Positions 8,743 through 15,336 are shown, counted from the first letter of the stretch. The stretch: 26,744 bases of DNA from a virus (IMGVR_UViG_3300033406_000242:1-26744); one strand, 5' to 3'. Program-made: numbers and translations. The notes: generated by a model from the letters alone, not told the origin.

Positions 8743-9111
8743 GTGGTACAAAAGAGAAACCTAGCAATAATAAGGAAATATTCAATTCTTGCTGTAAGTA
8801 ATTTACAATTATTTTCACTTTTGTACCACCATCATAAATTTATGGTGGACAGTTAACAGTTAAGGGTAGTGACATATTTGAGGGACAGAAATTTTTGAAA
8901 ATATACAGATAATTCCAATATGTAACCTAATTACTTCCATTTAGCCATTTTTGCAAAAATGGTACAAATCATTATTCCTTTTATTTCAACATTAAACCTA
9001 TATGTTTATGTAAATTATTTACATTATTTTGCGGTTTCGTACCATCACAGTACCGAGCGTAAATTTTGGGTGGACAGTAAAAGGTGGACATATGCCTAGG
9101 ACATAAATATG
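8743..9111. repeat. Two copies of an 85-bp inverted-repeat module, offset 216 bp, each followed by GGTGGACAGT
   Basis: TGGTAC at 8744/8960, TGTAAnTnATTTACA at 8793/9009, GTACCA ending 8828/9044; GGTGGACAGT at 8844/9069. Confidence 0.8.
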
Positions 9112-9278
9112 AAAAAAAAAATCATTGTCAAGAAGTGAATAATACAGATTGTTATAATTAGTATTTAGAAAGCTAGTGCCACTTAGTAATAAATTTTTAT
9201 TGTTACAAACCTAGTAATATCAGTAGTTTGCTTGTAATTACAAGGTTATTCTTATTTGAAAAATTATTGAAATACTTA

Positions 9279-9307
9279 TTGACAATTTCCATAATTTTTG
9301 ATACTAT
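9279..9307 (+). promoter_or_regulatory. Sigma-A promoter
   Basis: TTGACA-17 nt-TACTAT with an extended TG, upstream of the RHH gene. Confidence 0.75.
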
Positions 9308-9341
9308 ATGTATAGTAAGATACAGAATTGAGGTGAGCATA

Positions 9342-9521
9342 ATGCTAGACAAAAGTGTTTTTGAAAAGCAGAAAGTTGATAAATTACGCCAGACCACGCT
9401 CACAGCCACAGAGGATAAAGCCGTAGACGAGCGATTAGAGCAACTAGGTGGAATTAAAGCAGCACAGTACATCAGAAGTCTTATACAGCAGGACTTAAAG
9501 AGCGTAGGACTACTAGACTAA
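9342..9521 (+). CDS. Ribbon-helix-helix (Arc/CopG-like) DNA-binding protein, 59 aa
   Basis: RBS GAGGTG; strand RQTTLT, helix EDKAVDERLEQLG, helix AAQYIRSLIQQDL. Confidence 0.65.
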   Translation: MLDKSVFEKQKVDKLRQTTLTATEDKAVDERLEQLGGIKAAQYIRSLIQQDLKSVGLLD

Positions 9522-9574
9522 CAGTTAAAGGGTATTAAATAGCGGGTGTGTAAGCACTTTGCAGGAACATAAAG

Positions 9575-9668
9575 AAAAAGGAACACAAAGGTAGTTATTG
9601 AATTGTAGTAGCAGAATTAAGCTGTTTTAGCTTAGTCTGTCATAATTCATAACTTTGTGTTCCTTTTT
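9575..9668 (+). other. 94-nt long imperfect hairpin with U-tail (structured RNA / attenuator candidate)
   Basis: AAAAAGGAACACAAAG pairs with CTTTGTGTTCCTTTTT (16 bp); inner GTTAT-TGAATT/AATTCATAAC, CAGA/TCTG and TAAGCT/AGCTTA stems. Confidence 0.6.
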
Positions 9669-9702
9669 TTATTTCAAAATTAAAATTATGGAGGAAAATG
9701 CA

Positions 9703-10407
9703 ATGAAAAACTTAAAATTGTTTGCACTAGAACAGGAACTTAACACCTTGAGGGGTACAGATAACGCCGAGGCAGTCCTAGCCTTTGCAGGTAAGTTAGA
9801 TAAGTATGTAGGATTGAGTGACATACTTACAATTTCCGTAAGAGCAGCGCAGGTACTAGAAACCACCGGAGACCTTGAAGCCGTTAATGCTGACTTGGCA
9901 AACGTGCTTACAATGGTGCAGTTAAGGGAGCAAGAAATTGAAGAGTATGTAACCTCAGTAACACCCTTTTATGCAGAGGATGAGGTTAAAGCCTTGGTAG
10001 GACTACGATTTGAGGTTATGAGCAGCGTATACTACTACCTAAGCCAAACCGAAGAAGAAGTAATGTATGAGCAGTTGAGGGTACTAGAAAATGCAGCCAG
10101 AGCCGTAGACAAGATACTTGATAAAACGGGTAGAGCACTCACCCGCCGAGTAACCCGCAGAATAGATAAGATTGAGAGTGTTGGATATTTAAAGACCGTA
10201 AGTGACTGCAAGATTGATATAGTTAATGTTATTAACAAGCATCTACAAGGTTTCCCAGAGTATGTAACTCACGCCGAGGAGCTTGACCCTGACCTAGCAT
10301 TGGGTGACCAGTTTACTTTCTTAGATTTCGAGACTGAGATTGGAACTATACCAGCATCCACAGCACAGGCAAGAAAGTATGTTGACTTACAAGACATCCA
10401 CCTATAA
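9703..10407 (+). CDS. Hypothetical alpha-helical protein, 234 aa
   Basis: RBS GGAGG before ATG 9703. Confidence 0.8.
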   Translation: MKNLKLFALEQELNTLRGTDNAEAVLAFAGKLDKYVGLSDILTISVRAAQVLETTGDLEAVNADLANVLTMVQLREQEIEEYVTSVTPFYAEDEVKALVGLRFEVMSSVYYYLSQTEEEVMYEQLRVLENAARAVDKILDKTGRALTRRVTRRIDKIESVGYLKTVSDCKIDIVNVINKHLQGFPEYVTHAEELDPDLALGDQFTFLDFETEIGTIPASTAQARKYVDLQDIHL

Positions 10408-10409
10408 AG

Positions 10410-10465
10410 ACCGCTGATGAGCCTGTGAAACTCAGGCGAAACTACTCAGAAATGGGTAGTCCGGT
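10410..10465 (+). ncRNA. Type I hammerhead ribozyme
   Basis: Stem I ACCG/CGGT; core CTGATGA (10414-10420); stem II GCCTG/CAGGC; GAAA (10438-10441); stem III CTACTC/GGGTAG; GTC cleavage triplet at 10459-10461. Confidence 0.93.
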
Positions 10466-10515
10466 AGTTAGTTGAGAACAAAAATAAAATTATATGTCTG
10501 TAGGAGGACAATACA

Positions 10516-11373
10516 ATGAAAGCTTTGAATTTTGACCGAGTAGTAGCAGTTAGCACCACGGGTATAAAGGTAGACCTTACAAAGTACGAGCGCAAGCAGT
10601 TTAAGTTAGAGGATGACAGCATAAATGCTATCATCGACCTTAATCTGGACCTACTGGAACAGCAGGACTTGATAGAAGCCAATGTACGCCGTTGTAGTGC
10701 CACAGGTGCTTTTGTACGAGAGCATATAGCACACTTAAAGGCACTTAGGCAGCACGACCTAGACCAAGCGCAGGCAGAGGGTATACAGGCATCCAGAGTT
10801 CCGATTTCAGATGGTTTAAGGGCGTATATTGAACACTTTTGGGTTATAGGCTATACCAGTAGAGCTATCGAGGCCGCATTTGATGTTTCTGATAGTACGA
10901 TTTCCCGTTATACCAGAGAGCTAAGGACAGTCAACCGGGGTAAAAAGCATGGGCAAATTGTAGAGCTGCTGAAATCTTGGGAAGAGTTCAACATCACAGA
11001 GTATCAGCGTTGCCCGGGTACTGAGACCAGCTATACAGGTACTTCTAGTAATGCCCCATATACCGAAAATGAGATATACACCATAAAAACAATGGCATAT
11101 CAAGGGTATTCAGCCCAAGAGATTGCTAATGTAATTGACCGCAAGAGCCTTAACAACATCATAAAGCATATGAAGAAAGCCTTTACTAACAAGGAATATG
11201 CAGCCTTAAAGTGTATTCATTATAGTGAGACAGCAGCCTATGGTGGTGGATGGGGTGCCCGTGATTTACTGCAAAAGCGTGGAATGGAGTGGGTACTAGC
11301 CTACTATACCAGACACCTTGAATGCCTAGCTGCAAGGCAGACGCAACTAGAGGGTTTAGAACCCCTCTTTTAA
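10516..11373 (+). CDS. DNA-binding protein with two HTH motifs, 285 aa
   Basis: GYTSRAIEAAFDVSDSTISRY and YTENEI...QGYSAQEIANVIDRKS; RBS AGGAGG. Confidence 0.75.
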   Translation: MKALNFDRVVAVSTTGIKVDLTKYERKQFKLEDDSINAIIDLNLDLLEQQDLIEANVRRCSATGAFVREHIAHLKALRQHDLDQAQAEGIQASRVPISDGLRAYIEHFWVIGYTSRAIEAAFDVSDSTISRYTRELRTVNRGKKHGQIVELLKSWEEFNITEYQRCPGTETSYTGTSSNAPYTENEIYTIKTMAYQGYSAQEIANVIDRKSLNNIIKHMKKAFTNKEYAALKCIHYSETAAYGGGWGARDLLQKRGMEWVLAYYTRHLECLAARQTQLEGLEPLF

Positions 11374-11380
11374 AAGACTT

Positions 11381-11413
11381 AGGTTGTGCAGTTAGTATCT
11401 AACTGCACAACCT
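11381..11413 (+). other. Perfect 15-bp intergenic hairpin just before an RBS
   Basis: AGGTTGTGCAGTTAG-TAT-CTAACTGCACAACCT, no U-tract. Confidence 0.7.
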
Positions 11414-11430
11414 CGCAAGGAGGAGATTTT

Positions 11431-11910
11431 ATGATACAAGCAGAGAAAGCCTGTTTAAATTATGCGTTGAAAAACTGTATGCTGACTGAAACCTGTGAAA
11501 AACTGCGTAGTATCAATGACTACAAAAAGAGGGTTGCAACCTGCAACAGGTGCCACGACATACTGAAATACGACATTGTGACTGTATTACACAGCGTACG
11601 GCAGTCACAGCAGGATGCCCTACGCAGAGTAAAGATTTTGGAGCAAGAATTAGACGAGTTGAAATTAAAGGGTATTGAAAAACCGCAGGTTAAAGACTGG
11701 CGCTGGACAGAAGGCAAAACACTAGCATTAGAACCTCAGCAAATTCAAAGCATAGAAAAACTGCATTCAACAGGCTCTAGTATCCACGCAATTAGCGTGG
11801 AACTGGGTATAGACCGCCGGACTGTTGACAGGGTGTTGAAGAATGACTTTAAAAATGAACGCAGTAGAGCCAAGATAATAGAAGCCTTGAAAGATAAGGC
11901 TACTGAGTAA
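11431..11910 (+). CDS. Coiled-coil plus C-terminal HTH protein, 159 aa
   Basis: GSSIHAISVELGIDRRTVDRVL HTH; RBS AAGGAGG. Confidence 0.75.
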   Translation: MIQAEKACLNYALKNCMLTETCEKLRSINDYKKRVATCNRCHDILKYDIVTVLHSVRQSQQDALRRVKILEQELDELKLKGIEKPQVKDWRWTEGKTLALEPQQIQSIEKLHSTGSSIHAISVELGIDRRTVDRVLKNDFKNERSRAKIIEALKDKATE

Positions 11911-11939
11911 GATGGGTTAACCACCCCTCTTATTTTTTT
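11908..11939 (+). terminator. Probable intrinsic terminator
   Basis: TAAGATGGGT...ACCCCTCTTA followed by T7. Confidence 0.55.
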
Positions 11940-12149
11940 ATGCAAATTTTGCACCTTTTGACCACTTACACCCTAACCCACCTTACTTCCCCACCTGCGC
12001 ACAGTCTAGCACCTGTGCGCCCGCTTACCAGCACCCGCTACTGCCCTGCACCCGCAATTTTATAATTTTAGATAATTTTATGAGTAGTGGACAGTTGTTG
12101 GTTGTATAGCTACAGAAAAAATTAGTCTAAGCATAAAGAGGTGATTTTT

Positions 12150-12461
12150 ATGCCTGTACTACGCTGTGACCGTTGCAATCGTAAGCTTGGTGAGATAGAA
12201 CCGGGTACAAAAGGTGATGCCAACTTGACTTGTACATGCGGGTGTGCTTGCTACTTTGGCAGCAGTATACCAGCAAGTAAAAGAAAAAGAACAACGCGTG
12301 AACAACTGATGATGCAGAATCCTATCAGTACACCTATACCACCACAGCCTGTAAAAATTAAAAAAGAAAAAATGACTTTTGCTCAGATAAAAGAATCTTG
12401 GGACAAGGCTAAATATGAGGCCGACTTCGAGGCTGAACACGGTGAGAAACCACCATTCTAG
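12150..12461 (+). CDS. Zn-ribbon (Mu Com-like) protein, 103 aa
   Basis: RCDRCNRKLG ... TCTCG; RBS GAGGTG before ATG 12150. Confidence 0.65.
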   Translation: MPVLRCDRCNRKLGEIEPGTKGDANLTCTCGCACYFGSSIPASKRKRTTREQLMMQNPISTPIPPQPVKIKKEKMTFAQIKESWDKAKYEADFEAEHGEKPPF

Positions 12462-12470
12462 GAGGTAATT

Positions 12471-12632
12471 ATGACAGAGACTAAGAAACCAGTAATATGT
12501 AGCAAAACAAACAAAATTTTATGTTATGTAGATGAAAAAGCCGTTGGTGTGATTTGGGTATACTGCAAAAGCTGTAAAGCTGAACACAAAATTGAGCTGG
12601 GAGGATTATCTTATGAGGTTAATAAAGCTTGA
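12471..12632 (+). CDS. Small Com-like Zn-ribbon protein, 53 aa (not in ORF track)
   Basis: RBS AGGAGGT; MTETKKPVICSKTNKILCYVDEKAVGVIWVYCKSCKAEHKIEL... Confidence 0.7.
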   Translation: MTETKKPVICSKTNKILCYVDEKAVGVIWVYCKSCKAEHKIELGGLSYEVNKA

Positions 12633-12888
12633 TGGTATTAGAGCCGAGTATGCAGCCTTAAAAGAGCGTGCAGAGGCACTTGATGCAAGTATAAAAGTTT
12701 TTAAGCACTTAGCCAAAAATCAAGGTTTAGTAAGTGATGACGCAGAATTTGCCGAGCGTGTAGCCTTTGACATTGACCCTAAAACAGGTGCAATCACTTG
12801 GCTTTTACTTAGACCGGGTAAACAGCACGACCGTAACCCCTTTGGAGGCTATGGTGTGCAGACCTACGATGCCTACAAGATAGACTGA
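12613..12888 (+). CDS. Hypothetical protein, 91 aa
   Basis: RBS GGAGG before ATG 12613. Confidence 0.75.
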   Translation: MRLIKLDGIRAEYAALKERAEALDASIKVFKHLAKNQGLVSDDAEFAERVAFDIDPKTGAITWLLLRPGKQHDRNPFGGYGVQTYDAYKID

Positions 12889-12910
12889 GAACAGAAAGTG
12901 GGTAAGAAAA

Positions 12911-13045
12911 ATGTCCGTAAAATACAAAAATCTTTGTGAGAAGCTTGCCTATGTAGTAGACAGGCTTACAAGCAAAGATATAAAAGCAGCCTATATAAAA
13001 GCAGCCTATATAAAAGCAAAAGAACAGAAAGTGGGTATAAAATAA
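12911..13045 (+). CDS. Basic 44-aa mini-protein with IKAAY repeats (not in ORF track)
   Basis: MSVKYKNLCEKLAYVVDRLTSKDIKAAYIKAAYIKAKEQKVGIK*; its stop overlaps the amidase ATG (TAATG). Confidence 0.5.
   Translation: MSVKYKNLCEKLAYVVDRLTSKDIKAAYIKAAYIKAKEQKVGIK
12978..13018 (+). repeat. 15-bp tandem repeat ATATAAAAGCAGCCT, ~2.7 copies
   Basis: Read directly from the sequence. Confidence 0.9.
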
Positions 13046-13896
13046 TGGTATTAAAACAACTTTTCCTAACTAAAAACGACTGTTATAAAGCAGGAAAAAC
13101 GATAGTGCCTAAGGGCATTATGGTGCATAGCACAGGTTCAGAAAATCCTTGGATAAAACGCTATGTAGGACCAGATGATGGGTTGCTTGGTGTAAACTCA
13201 AACGGAAACCACTGGAATTGCAGTGGTTTAAGCGTTTGTGTACACGCCTTTATAGGTAAGCTAAAAGATGGCTCAATAGCCACATATCAGACTTTGCCTT
13301 GGACTTATAGAGGTTGGCACGCCGGAGGCTCTGCAAATAACACCCACATCGGGTTTGAGATATGTGAGGACGGACTTTCTGATGCTGACTACTTTGCTAA
13401 GGTCTACAACGAGGCCATAGAACTTAGCACCTATCTTTGCTATACATACAGCATAAACCCTTTAACGGGTATTATCTGCCACTCTGAGGGTTACACCAAA
13501 GGTATAGCATCCGGTCACGCTGATGTGATGCATTGGTTTCCAAAGCACGGTAAGAGTATGGATACTTTCCGTGCTGAGGTTAATACAGCACTAACAAAAT
13601 TAAAGGCTGCAGAAGCCACAAAAGTAGAAGCTTTAAGAATAGTTAAGTTAGTAGCATCATCCCCTGCTGATTGGTCTAACGCCCTCTCAGGCAGTTTAGA
13701 GGGTATATGGGCTTACTTCCCTGCTCTGATAGTAAAGACATACAATCAGCGTGGTAAGACCACCTTAGGCTATGTAGAGGTGTTAAAACAGGTCACAAGC
13801 AGTCCTGTTGAGTGGCAGACTGCCATAGCTGCACAAAAAACGGGTATCTTGCAGTATACAGGTGCTTTACTGGAAAAAATCTATAAGTTGTCCTAA
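13045..13896 (+). CDS. Endolysin, N-acetylmuramoyl-L-alanine amidase (Amidase_2), 283 aa
   Basis: IMVHST, VHAFI, WHAG, IGFEICE and ICHSE zinc-amidase motifs; C-terminal repeat domain. Confidence 0.9.
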   Translation: MVLKQLFLTKNDCYKAGKTIVPKGIMVHSTGSENPWIKRYVGPDDGLLGVNSNGNHWNCSGLSVCVHAFIGKLKDGSIATYQTLPWTYRGWHAGGSANNTHIGFEICEDGLSDADYFAKVYNEAIELSTYLCYTYSINPLTGIICHSEGYTKGIASGHADVMHWFPKHGKSMDTFRAEVNTALTKLKAAEATKVEALRIVKLVASSPADWSNALSGSLEGIWAYFPALIVKTYNQRGKTTLGYVEVLKQVTSSPVEWQTAIAAQKTGILQYTGALLEKIYKLS

Positions 13897-14144
13897 GCAT
13901 CAGATGGGGACATAAATAAAAATGGACTGCAGTTGTAAAATATTTTTACATATTTTATTCTGACAGTCCATCTTTTAAATTATTGGACAGTTTTATGGGC
14001 ATAAAAAATCATAATTAGTGAAGAAGAAGAATGCCACATACTAATCACATTACCGTTCTTAAATTCTTCGAATTTTCCTCCTACATGTCAAGTGGGGTTA
14101 TTGCATTGGCCTCACTTGACTCTTAAAGAAAAGAGGTAACTAAA

Positions 14145-14405
14145 ATGTTTGGAGATACAGATAAGTGTATACAGGACTTACGCATAGAGCTTATAAATTA
14201 TAGGTCTGATATAAATGTAGTTAATGCCCGTGTAAATAAACTTATAAGCGAAAATTCTGCACTTAAGGTTGAAGTTGATATATTAAGATTATACCTAGAA
14301 AGACATATAGGACAACATATACCTACCGAAGCTGATATTAAAAATGAGCGTGAAGTTTTAAGGCTTGAAACTGAGTTAAAGCACTTAAAATCAAAAATGA
14401 GGTAA
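14145..14405 (+). CDS. Hypothetical coiled-coil protein, 86 aa
   Basis: RBS GAGGT; heptad pattern. Confidence 0.7.
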   Translation: MFGDTDKCIQDLRIELINYRSDINVVNARVNKLISENSALKVEVDILRLYLERHIGQHIPTEADIKNEREVLRLETELKHLKSKMR

Positions 14406-14409
14406 TATT

Positions 14410-14760
14410 ATGAAAAAGTCTGAACCAACAATGGTAACCGTAACTATGATGTTAACCTTTCTAAGGTGCTTAAAATCTGAAGATGTTGTAGACCTAGAAG
14501 AAAATCTTCTTTATGCCTATAGTCATAAGACAGGTAAATGCCATAGCATCCTAGACTTATCACTACCAGCAAAGTCTATTTATTTTAAAGGCGACATAAA
14601 TGTTGATAGTGTTAAAGAGTATTGCACAGTAGCTAAGTTAGTGGACTTTTTGGAAATATATAACCCTAATTTTAACTGCGTGGGTACAAATAACGCTTTG
14701 ATACTATTAAATAGCACTTATAAATACGCTGATACTGTATACATAACTAAGGTAGAATGA
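14410..14760 (+). CDS. Hypothetical protein, 116 aa
   Basis: RBS GAGGT; tight operon spacing. Confidence 0.7.
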   Translation: MKKSEPTMVTVTMMLTFLRCLKSEDVVDLEENLLYAYSHKTGKCHSILDLSLPAKSIYFKGDINVDSVKEYCTVAKLVDFLEIYNPNFNCVGTNNALILLNSTYKYADTVYITKVE

Positions 14761-14761
14761 G

Positions 14762-15127
14762 GTGACTTATATGATAGATACATCTGAACGCAATATACTA
14801 CCGGGTACTGATATTGAACTTTGTTTAGCTAAGACAGATTTAACAGGGCATCCTGACTTTTCCTATTTTATTATAATAGGTATACATTCTCTTAACTGTA
14901 ATACTTATTCATTTACTTCTAATATGTTTGTTAAGTTAAAAGATGAGCCTGCATTACAATATGTAAAGAATTTTGTTTTATATGTAGCAGAAGAGTTAGA
15001 GGTTAGTGATGATTTTTGTGAATACTTAGCTTTAAAAGTAGAAAAACTGTTAGGCTTACAACCAGTAGGATTTAAAAATATTGATATTGTTTTAAATACA
15101 AAATACTTAAAAACCTTTAAATTGTAA
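14762..15127 (+). CDS. Hypothetical protein (~118-121 aa; start may be ATG 14771)
   Basis: GAGGTG overlaps the upstream stop codon. Confidence 0.65.
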   Translation: MTYMIDTSERNILPGTDIELCLAKTDLTGHPDFSYFIIIGIHSLNCNTYSFTSNMFVKLKDEPALQYVKNFVLYVAEELEVSDDFCEYLALKVEKLLGLQPVGFKNIDIVLNTKYLKTFKL

Positions 15128-15151
15128 GGTAAAATATTTCCATTTAACCTA

Positions 15152-15180
15152 TTGACATCCATAAAATTGTACGATACTAT
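15152..15180 (+). promoter_or_regulatory. Sigma-A promoter
   Basis: TTGACA-17 nt-TACTAT; the spacer shares TCCATAA with the 9279 promoter. Confidence 0.75.
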
Positions 15181-15301
15181 AATAGAGTAAAGTATATTTA
15201 CTTTACAGACGAAAGGCACGAACAGCAAGCTTAAATCTTTTTTAAAGACTTAATCAATTGTGCCTTGTAATAAAAGAATAACGAACGCAGATAGAGCCAT
15301 T

Positions 15302-15336
15302 GAGCCAGTTGCATATAAGTGCAGTTGGCTCTTTTT
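15302..15336 (+). terminator. Intrinsic terminator closing a ~150-nt leader
   Basis: GAGCCAGTTGCA-TATAAG-TGCAGTTGGCTC then TTTTT. Confidence 0.7.

Noticed and set aside
9520-9570. Pistol-ribozyme-like words (TTAAATAG...TAAG...GC)
   Set aside because: No P1 stem around the would-be pseudoknot and no GU cleavage site with a P2 partner downstream.
12978-13037. Short repeats as a possible CRISPR array
   Set aside because: 15-bp tandem units without spacers; no cas genes.
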